NCBI RefSeq assembly: GCF_001194135.2
Contig: NC_068983.1
Location: forward strand, 61,286,934-61,350,933
Length of the DNA: 64,000 bases
Origin: Octopus bimaculoides
Taxonomy: Eukaryota
Direction: 5' to 3'
Both the position numbers and the translations under genes were made by a program. Positions within the stretch are counted from its first letter, which is position 1, and the number at the start of each line of letters is the position of its first letter. Positions 52,865 through 64,000 of this stretch are shown here, piece by piece. The notes beneath the pieces were generated by a model that was not told the origin of the DNA, searched no databases, and saw only the letters and a program-made list of their open reading frames with translations.

Positions 52865-53081
52865 CAATTTATTAATTTCATCTAAAAGGTTATTGACATC
52901 TTGACTGTATTGGAGGCCAATGTGAGATTTACCAAGCAATCGTCTAATTTTTTTCTTGATTTCTGCTTTCTTTACATCCATCATTACCATAAACCCAATA
53001 TGATTATACAACATATCAGACAATAATTTATCTTCATCATGTTCTAAACGTTTTTTTTCTGAATCTCCAAGTGAATTGTAC
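52865..53081 (-). CDS. MADD: MADD exon, 217 nt ([20 protein letters not shown]...[28 protein letters not shown]), death-domain-like region
   Basis: ttccttcag / TTG|gtaagt; phase 2 to 0; conserved [11 protein letters not shown]. Confidence 0.97.
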
Positions 53082-53119
53082 CTGAAGGAAAAAATGGTAA
53101 CTTTAATATATGCAGTAAG

Positions 53120-53156
<37 letters not shown>

Positions 53157-53249
53157 ATATAAAAAACCCCCTATATAAAAGAATATGAATATAAAGGTAT
53201 ACTAAAATATAAAATAGCATAATAGAACTATCTTAATTTTGCCTCATTC

Positions 53250-53690
53250 ACCTGATTAACTATACAGGTGACTAGGCTATAGCTGACACTGCCAGATATT
53301 TTGAGCATCTCTGCACTGATTCCTGATGGGCCGGGGGCTTTCCCTGTCTTCATACTCTTGATCACTTTATCTACCAAGGTACTGTCAATTAGGATAGCTG
53401 GTCCCTCTTTTGGGTCGACATGCTGCAGACTCTCTTCCTCCCATTCATTCTCTTTATTAAGCAACCTTTCATAGTGGCGTCTCCAAATCTCTCTCTTTGC
53501 AGCCTCGTTTAGTGCAAGTGAGCCATCATCCATGTGGACACATTTCTCTCCTACGACATCACGATTCTCTCTCACACAGTCTTGCAACACAAAATACTTC
53601 AAGTCTTTGGTCTTCACGGCGCAGAACATTGGCAAATATTTTCTTATCTGCTTCCCCTCTGGCTAAATAAATCTGTCTCCTAGCTTCCCT
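53250..53690 (-). mobile_element. RTE-clade LINE fragment (EN-RT linker)
   Basis: DVVGEKCVHMDDGSLAL...KREIWRRHYERLLNKENEW...VIKSMKTGKAPGPSGISAEMLK. Confidence 0.9.
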
Positions 53691-54147
53691 TCTGCTGATT
53701 GATATTAATGATGCAGTAGAATCAGGAATGAAAAGTGGCAGAAGCTCAAGAAATTGTTGTCTTTACAAACAACAAAAATGTTTCCTAACAACAGTCAGAT
53801 GACAAACATTTGTCATGAATGTGAAGTATCATGGTAGTGAGGCATGAGAATAAAGTACTGACTATCAATGAAACTGAAGGGAATAAGTGAACTGAAGTCA
53901 GATTCAAACATAACTGAGTGGTTGAATCAGTAATGCTTTGCAATCTTCAGAAGTATTAACCATGACTGTCATATGAGGAAAACTGAGAGAGAAATAATCA
54001 AGAACTAGTAACAGTTGAATTAAAAGGAAAAAATCATCAAAGAAGATAAAGAGAATTTGCTAGAGCCAAATGTCACATAATTGATCTAGCCTAGAAGACA
54101 AATAAATAAAATGTGAATGGCAAGAGGAAGCAAAAGTAGCTACATAC

Positions 54148-54268
54148 CTTTCCATCATTTCACCTGGTCCTTGATCCATCCCAATAATATCTCTTTCCTG
54201 GGCAACAGCATCTAAAAACATATCCTCCCAAAATTGCATTGAATCCCATAAACGACTGCGTTCTTTAC
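54148..54268 (-). CDS. MADD: MADD exon, 121 nt ([41 protein letters not shown])
   Basis: Strong MADD motif; ttgtag / AG|gtatgt; phase 1 to 2. Confidence 0.97.
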
Positions 54269-54933
54269 CTACAAGATATCAGAATAGAAAAGTGATAGAC
54301 TTGTATTCCATAAATTCATCATTGTAATTAAGCATATATGTGCCAAGGGATGACAAACTTGTTCTTGACAACTACAATGCAAGGATTGGAATTAATCATA
54401 GCCTGATGGATTAAGAAAAGTGAATTTGAACAGTTTCCAATTGCTCTAATTTTGGCAAAGCAGGACTTGATTATTCCCATACTTACACTTGATACCCATT
54501 GAGAAAGGAACCTAAATGTACATGAGATCTAAAAATTGGTATTTGACAGACTTTGTATTTGTGTGCTCTCATGATATGCAATATGCATACAAAGTGTATG
54601 CACTGAATGTTGCAGAATGCTCAACAGTCTATTATATGGTTAGAGCAAAGTTTGAATTTGTTAAACATAAGTGTTTTGGAGATGGCAGGAGTCTGAATTC
54701 CATTGATGTACCCCATCTCAAAGTAGAAGTTGTGTATGAACTGAAGGTAAAATTGGCCGGGTTTTGAAGATAAGACTTCTGAGGTTTATAGCAAATATAC
54801 TAGGTTATAAGGAGTAAAGAAACCAGGACTGGTTTGATAATAGCATTAATTTGAAGCAAAACTCAAAGCCCCCCCCCCACAAAGCACATTGTTTATTAAG
54901 CTCTTACAAATTAATCTTACAAGATAATCTTAC

Positions 54934-55090
54934 CAATTAAACCTTCAAAAAGATATGTTTTCCCTGTCTCTGGACTAGGTAGTGGGGATGTATTAATCAT
55001 CTTTCCATCATGATAACGAAATCCAGCACTTAAATTACTTTTGGTACTCCAGATACTTGATGATCGACTACGTCTGTGGTAGTTCACCAT
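54934..55090 (-). CDS. MADD: MADD exon, 157 nt ([30 protein letters not shown]...[10 protein letters not shown])
   Basis: ttgtag acceptor, G|gtaaga donor, phase 0 to 1. TYLFEGLI corresponds to MADD VYLYEGLL. Confidence 0.93.
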
Positions 55091-55460
55091 CTACAATAGC
55101 AGTACAAGCAATATCATCACACAATCAACAATAGAAACAAATGGAGAAAAGTAATACAATACATCCACCTAATTCACGAGAGCATATATAGTCAGTAGAT
55201 ACAAAACCAAAGGAGATGATGTATATTCTAAATGATCTATCTTAAAAAAGTTACTTACTGTATCATTCATTTAACATCTTGATTTTCTATAGCAGTGTCA
55301 TTCGTTTATTCTAAGAATTTGAAGAAATACTGAATATACAATAAAGCTAATCTATAGTATTTAAATGCTTCTTCATTGGGGAAATTCTTTCCAATTAGAA
55401 AAGTTTTGCTTAGTAAAAATGAAACCGACATCTGTTGTGCAATTGAGTAATTTAACCATA

Positions 55461-56131
55461 GGCATAAGAGGCAACAGATGTGGTGTGCAAGAGAGATGAA
55501 TGTGCTGGTATGGCCATGTGATGCGTATGGATGAGGACAGCTGTGTAAGCAAGTGCCAATCCCTAACTGTGGAGGGAACTTGTGGTAGAGGTAGACCCAG
55601 GAAGACATGGGATGAGGTGGTGAAGCATAATCTCCAAACTTTGGGTCTCACAGAGAAAATGACTAGTGACCAAGACCTTTGGTGATATGCTGTGCTTGAG
55701 AAGACCCATCAAGCCAAGTGAAATCGCAGTCATGGCTGATGCTGGTGTCACATAACTGGTACCTGTGCAGGTGGAATGTAAAAATCACCTTTCAAGCAAT
55801 GAGCCTCGGTGGTTGAGCTCCTTTTGAATGTTGGGCCTCACAGAGGGAATGACCAAGACCTTTGACATTATGTTGTGCTTGAGAAGAAGAACCATCAAGC
55901 CAAGTAAAACTGCAGTTGTGGCAGATACCGGCGTCATGCAATAGTCACCTGTGCCAGCGGCACATAGAAGCACCCATTACACTCTCAGAGTGGTTGGCAT
56001 TAGGAAGGACATCCAGCCATAGAAACCACGCCAAAATAGACAGGAGTCTGGTGCAGCCTTCCAGCTTGCCAGCCCTGGTCAAACCGTTCAATCCATGCCA
56101 GCATAGACAACGGACGTTAAATGATGATGAT
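55461..56131 (+). mobile_element. RTE-clade LINE 3' end: RT C-terminus plus 3' UTR with an internal duplication of about 180-bp period and (GAT)n tail
   Basis: CWYGHVMRMDEDSCV...GRGRPRKTWDEVVKH; shows that the tail family seen elsewhere in the window is an RTE 3' UTR. Confidence 0.9.
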
Positions 56132-57379
56132 AATAACCAGGTCTCACCTCTGCTCAAAAGCAAAAGGCTGTTTAGTCAGAAATTATGATGAACGGATTTA
56201 TATTTTTAATTCCTGTATCAGAAAGAAGCCTGACATTCCTATAATTATTATAATACTTTTGTTTTCTATCATTCACAAATCACATCATTTTCTTTCTCCT
56301 ACTGTCTTACATCCAGTACAATAGTTCACATAGTTACTTTATTTTGGTGGGTGGGGAGTGATATAGAAGCTATCATTTAATATTCAGTGTAAATCCACTT
56401 AAAGTTAAGTATTCTGTATTGTATTTTTTTAAACTTATAGTTTATAGATACTCTGAAAAAATTAACTTTACCTACATTCTCTACTATAAATATCATCCAT
56501 GTGCTGTACCAATGAGAGATAAAGATATTGAAACATTACATAATATTTAATATTGAAACATATTATTTAATATAAATATGTAATATTTAACTTTAAACCT
56601 TCGCTCTAAGTTTCATACAAATAAAAGGAAAAATATCTTCAGCTGGAATTAGACTTTCCTATGCTTTATATTGAACATCTCTAAAGAAACAGTGAATTAA
56701 CATACAAAGTATATGGGAGATCAAACTAAAAAAACAGTTATAATTGATTTTAACGAGCTGATACATAAATAAACTATACTAAAAGAATAAATATGGTGTC
56801 TGTGATGGACCTATTACAATAAAATCTGTGCAGAATTAGAATTTAGGAAATTTTACATGAGAAAATAAAACTTTTTTGGCAAGAAACTTTACCCTGTCTA
56901 CATTTTTCCTACTGTTATCAACTAGCAGAAATTTAAGTTGAATGTTAACTATATCAACTACATTAGTAGTCTCGGAAGGCCTAGAAGCTATGAAGACTGG
57001 AACTCTTCATTGTTTAAAATATATAGCAAACAATGAATATAGTAGTTTTTGTAGCATAAACTCATTTTTACTTATGATAATGTAGAAGTGGAATCTCTTA
57101 TTAGACAATAAAAATAGGCAGTCCTAAACTATAAATGGTTGTTATATGCTATATTATCAGAAGTTCAACAATTTAACCTCAATCTTTGAGCTTGAAATGG
57201 TGAATAATATCAGAAACCTAAACTATGACTAAACATTAGGCAAAGGAAAGACCTTTTTCAACTTCAAAATAAATACTTATCCACAGTAAATGGCATCAAT
57301 TTTAAATTATTTGTTGTAAACAAGATATTTTTGTTATATTTTTCTAAGAAATTAAAAAACAACAAAAATCCCAACTTAC

Positions 57380-57837
57380 CCCAGAAAGTTCCATCTCACT
57401 ATCTGACACAGTATTCCTGACCAAATGATGGCTAACCTTTGGTTTCTGGCGCCGTTCCTCCTCAGGTTGATTATCAGAGCTACTGCTTACTAATGTGCTG
57501 CCATCAGAGACTTCTGAATCAATGCTGTTAACCTTATTTTTCTTCCGAGCTTTAAGTAACTCTTTATTGCGTACAAGATCATGAAGAATATCACTTTCAG
57601 TATCTGCAGACTGTTTATCTGGTTCAGCACCAGTCACAACAATGTCACAAGATTTGACATTCTCAGAAGCAGAGTCAGTTGTATTTGTTTGATCAGCACT
57701 GTGACTTTTATCACTTTCTGATTGTTCTTCAGCTTCTCCAGCATCAGTATCTCGATAGGCATCTTCACTTGTAGTTTCACCAACTGATGCAATTTCAATG
57801 TTTTCAAATTCTTCTCCATTGATAATGACGGGAGAAC
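57380..57837 (-). CDS. MADD: MADD exon, 458 nt, acidic/Ser-rich low-complexity region (GSPVIINGEEF...NTVSDSEMELSG)
   Basis: Long stop-free frame. Acceptor caatag|GT, donor GGG|gtaagt, phase 1 to 0. VSDSEME resembles MADD LSDSEIE. Confidence 0.88.
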
Positions 57838-60800
57838 CTATTGAATTCAATAAAAACTATTTATATTCAAAAGCAGAGATGTTATTATAAAGCATGGCAA
57901 TTAAATTCAGAGAAGACTGTCACTATTGCAAAAAACACTGGTTGCAAATGTGGTTGCTCTTTAAATGAAATAAGATTCTTAAAAGTTACATAATAAATGT
58001 TAGTGATAACAAAAACAAAAAAAGTAATTCTACATACTTCCACTATTCATTAAAAATTGAGAAAACATGGTTGATACTTTCTACTCAAACATATGTTACA
58101 TTTACTTTCCTCACAAATATAACATCCATTCTAAATGAGAAGGGCTGAAGTGCTAATTTAAAATTTAAATTGTTGGTACTTATTTTTAATTATCTAAAAG
58201 AACACCTTTATTAACCAAGATGCATTGAACAAAATACAATATCTCACCAACTTCACTGAATCTTCAAATAAAACTATTTTAGCATCATTCAAAGAAATTC
58301 ACTGTTGCTTAGGAAATACTGAATTTTAGATGTCTTTGCTCAAGGAATGGTATAAGAGTTAAAATATAAAATTTTAGCAAGAAAATATAATAACAATGCA
58401 AACTAGTTGAACAAATCAAATAATTCCTATTTTAATTTTCTTCTACATTTTAACTTCTATGGAAAGAATATACAAAAGTTTTTGCTGATTATAAACAGAT
58501 GCCCTGATTGCAGACATTCCTTATTTTGCAAAAATTTCCGTGAATACATTACAGGAATGTGATAAAAAAAATTTGGTAATTAAATTGATGCAATTAATAA
58601 ACAAAAGAATAACTACAATCCAAGCATGTTTTTTTTTATTTAGTGAAGAACTCTTCTAAAATATGATAATAAGCAGACGATCTTAATAAGAAGTATCAAA
58701 TTTTTTATTTTACATGTAAAAGCAACATGAAAACAGAGAAGGTGTTTCTATAAACTAAACAAAAGAAATTATTTTCATAAAGATATTAACATTTAAATTT
58801 TGTAAGTCTTGAGATTTGACAAGTTATCTTTAGAAATTTCATTGAATATTTGGAAAGCAAGCAAGCCTAACTTTGCCATACAAACCTCCATTTAAGAAAG
58901 AGAAAAGAGTTAAAGAAACAAGAGTTACTAAATAATAAAAATTTGGTAGAAATAAAAAAAATATCTTGAAATTAAGACATTTTATTTGTTAAGATTTTAA
59001 TGTAATGCATAATATTTAATTTTCTGACTAGGCAAAAATTTGGTGCTAACTACAAGGAGAACGCTTTAACAAGGTTACTTAGCTGAATCAGCAAAAATGA
59101 CTTGTCGCAGTTGAGTTGAAAAATACTCTTAACATTTTAGACACTTACACATGCATAATTCAACACACATACATGTAAAGATTAGCAGTCCAATCACTCA
59201 GCTGGTTGGCAAAAATCATAGAGCAGTTAACCAAAAACTTTTAATTTTGACACTACCTTCCAAATTAAAGTATTCAATCAACTTTGCATTTTACTACTTC
59301 AAGGTTAGTAAAGTTAAATATTGACAATATATGATTGTTATATATCTATATACCCTTATCTACAAAATCTTATCTTATATTTTGTGAAAAGACATCAATA
59401 GCTAAAATTAATGTTCTAGCAAACCAAAGAAAAAACCATAAAAACCTCAGTAAGTATTTAGGATTGAATTCTCTTTTCCTTTTCATGACGGATAAAATGT
59501 TTTGCAAGAGGCAATGTAAAAATATAAATAGACTGATATTTCTAAAATACTTTCATAAGCATCAGTACTGATAATGTGAATTAAAACAGAAAAATTATAG
59601 GCTGAAATGAATTTGAAACATAAAATAATCAAGTGAAATGGTGGAAATTTCTAACTGAGACAGAGGACAAAATACTAATTCTTTACATACAGAATGAGCT
59701 AAAGCTGGGAAATTTTAAAAAGAGGAAATTTGGCAGAAATATATATTGGCTTCAGGTGAATTAAACAAGAAATGAAAGCAACAATGCTAAATCCCAGACT
59801 GGCCAAAAATAAATGTAAAAAATAATAAAAATGTTCTTTCATTATAGAGAAAAGAAATGCAAAGAACATTGTTTCTAATTGACAACAACATAACAGTAAC
59901 AGCTATATGAACTATGCCATTTTTAAGAAGTTCCTGAATCACAAACGTCTCGCAAATAAAAGAAGAGTAAACTACCTACACTAAGTCACATAGATTTATG
60001 TTCAAAGGAAAAAAGGATAGAAACAAATAAAAAAACAACAGAAAACACCATAATAATAAGCTATAAAGTGCTTATGAAATATTGAATGGATTGAAACTAA
60101 AATAAAAGCACAAGAAAATAATCTAAAAATTGGTTTTAGTTAATAAATAGATAAAAACATTAGAAAACAATTTTAAATCAGTTAAAAACATTATTATCAA
60201 TCTAATTCATATTGTAATTAAAAATTTATAACAAAGAAATTTAAAAATAGAAATGAACAAATAAAATATTTAGCTGGATAACTATTAAAACTTTGTCATA
60301 GAAAATTGGATTGGATTGATGGAATTGTTTGTGACACATTAGTAGTAATAATGTCTTAATTCATTTCAGTCTTCCCTTTAACTCTTTAACTGTATGAAGG
60401 GGTTTGTAAATTAAAAACAAATTTATTTTGCTAGAACATGAAGATGAGTAAGAGGTGCCAACTACATCAACCAATTGAATGAGCTGGATATGTTATGTGG
60501 ATTTTTAACAATCAATAAATGATAATGGAGTTAGTTATCAAAATATCAATCAATGCTATAGGGATAATTAAAAAAATGTAAAGATGAGTGATGATGTAAA
60601 ATCAGAAAATGAAAGTTCATGGTGCTCAGGAGAGTTGCAAGCTAAGAAAAAGGAAAGTGACAGAATGGGCCAAAGAAAAAATGCTTTCTAGAACTAGCTA
60701 AGATTACTATAAATATAATTTGATTCACTTGATAAATAAATTTAAGATCGAAATAACTAAGAAACAAAAAGAAATTTTAAATAATGTAAGACATATGTGA

Positions 60801-62069
60801 TAGATAATAAAAGAAAAATATAAATCACATCATGTAAAACAGTAAAATATCAGAACTTTAGAAAATTACAGTTTGTCATTGTTTCTACTTTTATAAACAC
60901 TTTTCTGAATAAAAATTAAACTTAACAAAATAGAGATAATCTTTAGTTTAATAATTTAAATCAATTGTTTGTTAAGTAAAATGAACAGTAATATTGATAA
61001 ATTGAAGTTACATTAAAAAATATATTTAGTAGAATCAAATTTTAATGATTAATACATGATTAGAATTGACAAATTTGATTGTTAATTGATTAATGTGTAT
61101 GTGTATATCAACAAATTTCACAATATAGCTATATCAAATATAACTCACCAAAGCAATAGAAGGCAAAATGTTTGCACATTAAAACTGATACTAATACAGT
61201 GTGCATAAAATACATTACAGAAATTTAACAACACAGATATAAAACAACAATAATTCAGTCTTTGGAACACACAACCAAGTGATGAAGCAAATGACCATGC
61301 AAAAACTATGCAAGTAAAAAGTGAGAGAGTTTTAACAAGCCATTGCTAAACATTGCTTATTTTGTTTTCATAATATTAATCCCAAGAGCAGATTACAATA
61401 CATTTTACACTAAACTAACGTTAAAATATTTTTCTCAAGTTATATTTAAAACAATTATATTTTACTTTGGTCCGGCAGAGAATATTTATAGAATAATCTC
61501 TAGTGTTATATGTCTTTGTTCAATGAAACAAATAGAGTGAAAAAGTGAAGTTGTGAAGTATGAGAAACAATGACTGAATACTAGAAAAGAAAAGCATTCA
61601 TTTCACACACATTCTTACTATCAGTTAATCTCTTCATATAAACTAAGGGTAATCAAGTAAATAACGTTTAAATGTAATAAAATATTGGAATTGAATTAAC
61701 AATACTCTTTTGCATTAGTAAGAAAGGCATCAGATGAAGAATCTCTCTATCTTTTTTAAATAAGAGAATGGCGTAGATAAGTAGAAGGCTAGTTGGTATG
61801 TTAAAACAAGACCTTCTCCCTAAAAAATTTATTTATGGAAAAAGGGTAGTAAAACCAGAATGATAACATTAGATAAGTTATTAATTAACATTTTGCATTG
61901 AGTTTTAAATTATTTTCTTTCTGTAAAACAATGTTTCCAGTACAGTTTCTGTCCATTCCTATACATCATGGAAGAAAATTACTTTTTATTTCTTCTGCCT
62001 AGAAAAATAATTCTCCACTTGTAACTTCTACATTTATTACTGTTGGATACTGGTTATCTTTGATCCTAC

Positions 62070-62118
62070 CATTTGGTTTGTTATTATGTAGCCTCAGATC
62101 AGCTCTAACCAAGGAGAC
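62070..62118 (-). CDS. MADD: Candidate MADD exon, 49 nt, VSLVRADLRLHNNKPN(G)
   Basis: Acceptor tttttttgtcatag, donor G|gtagga. Open only in phase 0 and ends in phase 1, matching the start of exon 57380-57837. Lies in the variable region, so no homology support. Confidence 0.4.
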
Positions 62119-64000
62119 CTATGACAAAAAAATATTTCACCTGTGACCATTCCGTTTTAATTTCATTTTTGTCAGTATATCTAAGACTACACTACCCAAT
62201 GTGTTTTTTAAAACAATGGCAGTGTGATTTGAGGGAGATTTAGATACTATTTCTAGCATGTCAGACACAATTAAGCAACATGAATGAGGTATAAACAAAT
62301 CATAGTAGACCATGTTCAACTAAGAATCCATCAATCATAGATGAGATGCATATGTATATATGCAATACTACGACTACAACTACAACACACATAGAATGTA
62401 ATGGTTGATAATTTTAGATAATCTGTTAATATTCTTTAAGTCATTCCAAAATGCCCTAATAACAATACAATCTAGAAGCATATTCTTTAAGTCTATATTA
62501 TTGTCTCCTACAATTCTCATTCAAATAGCTAGCATTAATTATATTTTATGATGAATTAACTCAGGTTTAGGAATATTTATAGTGGCTGGACTTACAAAAA
62601 AGGGAAAAATCTCTAATTTAGGTACAAAGTTAAGTATTGGTAAATTATGCTCATAAATTACTCCATCAAAATGTTTTGCTATCAATAATAACCACAGAAA
62701 CAATACCAATATTGATAAGGATGAAGCAAATGACAAACGATGATCAACAAAATGCTATAAGCAGAATAACGATAAAAGCAGAACAGACTACAATGTTCAT
62801 GCCAGAAAGGCCATTTAAAACAGCTTTTAGTAAAAGGAACAGAGTAATTCAAATTATTTATTAGAGATATGGCAAATAAAAAATGTATTTAAAAAAAGTA
62901 TATTAAAGGGGAAAATAACATATATTGAAGCATGAGGAATAGCTACTGTGGCAAAAAGTATATATTGGTTAGGAGACTTAATGAAAATATTAAGGTATCA
63001 GCATACAAAAGTAATATCAATGTCTTTGTGCCTAACAATTTGGTCTAGTTATGTTTTCTGAAACTTATGTTGTAATGTTTGAGGAGATAATGAGAAGTTA
63101 AGCTTCAAGAAAAAGTATTCAAGTATAGATATATTTAGGCATTTCTCAAGTACTGCTAGATACAGCTTGAGCACTCACAGGTTATAATTCATTACAACTA
63201 ACAATTATTTAATTTAATTGATGTTATACTTAAATGAGTGTATAAGGTATAAAATCCCAAAATATCAGGCAATACTAAAGAAATTTGCTTCTTTCACATA
63301 ATAAAATGCTATTGTGTATATACATGTTTAGGGGAAAATAGAATAATTTGGAAAACCAAGAACTAAATAGATGACAAAAATATGTTGAGTGTATTTTCAT
63401 TTCCAAAAGATTTGTACAGAAGCCAAAAAAAGCAGAACATAGCAAGAGAAAAGACAATTAAGTGGAAAGAGAATATATGAAGGATTAGATGGATGGGCAT
63501 ATAATAATGGTGAGTTAACATAACTAATTACTGCAGTGCTATTTCAGAAACAATAGCTCTTTAAAAGGATATATTCGTAGAAGCATACATACATATACAC
63601 TTCCATCTTTTCATGTAATACATACATACATACACACACATATGCAAATAAATCTGCATATAGCGATTTATGTAAAGAGAAGCAAATGAAATAGGAGGCA
63701 AGCATTAACTGCAGTAAATTATGGCCAACAGTAGCAGTAGCATGCAGCATGCACATGGCATACATTACATTTGGCAGAGAAGAGAATTCTGAGGCAGTAC
63801 ATGACTGAACAAATGCCAACACAGGTGGTGCCAGCAAGGCTAAATAACACACACAAACACAAAACAGACAATTGGCAAAAATAGAGATGGAACAAAACTG
63901 AACATAATGTCCCTTCCCTAATCACAAATTGTTTTGTCTCTGCTCTACTTTCAACTGTCGGCCAACAAAAAATAAGGTAAACAGCAGCTAAAGCTATTGT

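Larger units (their letters stand above)
224..57837 (-). other. MADD: MADD / Rab3 GEF (MAP kinase-activating death domain protein) gene, 3' half; partial, 5' exons and last exon outside the window
   Basis: Eleven GT-AG exons join in consistent phase into ...[54 protein letters not shown]...[11 protein letters not shown]...[24 protein letters not shown]...GGEFPVQDL...FVLEEFDPKTRQVIPHKFKSSM. This matches from memory the conserved MADD C-terminus (human: [45 protein letters not shown]). Confidence 0.96.

Noticed and set aside
62137-62319. Minus ORF MNMVYY...KRNGHR
   Set aside because: Its donor is only 22 nt from the next acceptor, and read-through hits stops; no MADD similarity.
128-63925. Remaining 60-100-aa ORFs in the track
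   Set aside because: AT-rich intronic or TE-derived sequence with no recognisable domains or splice-consistent context.

Overview
AT-rich eukaryotic genomic DNA with four N-gaps. The repeat content (tRNA-headed SINEs, RTE-tail elements ending in (GAT)n, CR1/L2, Penelope, mariner) points to a coleoid cephalopod, probably Octopus; this is an inference from the repeats. The whole window lies inside the 3' half of one minus-strand gene, MADD / Rab3-GEF (DENN/MADD, aex-3 family). Ten GT-AG coding exons plus a 9-nt microexon (DFE) were reconstructed by hand with fully consistent phases. The gene's 5' exons and its last exon fall outside the window. The microexon and the FFIEL...LEEF exon sit alone between two introns of about 21 kb, while the other introns are 0.6-3.4 kb. 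The upstream giant intron holds a transposon hotspot (about 23-33 kb) with self-inverted RTE-tail elements, a Penelope GIY-YIG remnant, a 714-bp foldback MITE, and a minimal type I hammerhead ribozyme inside a 350-bp unit bounded by 64-bp direct repeats (retrozyme/PLE-like). Candidate extra cassette exons (16 nt, 32 nt, 9 nt) could alter the MADD C-terminus. Most ORFs in the supplied track are non-coding or artefacts of the gaps.
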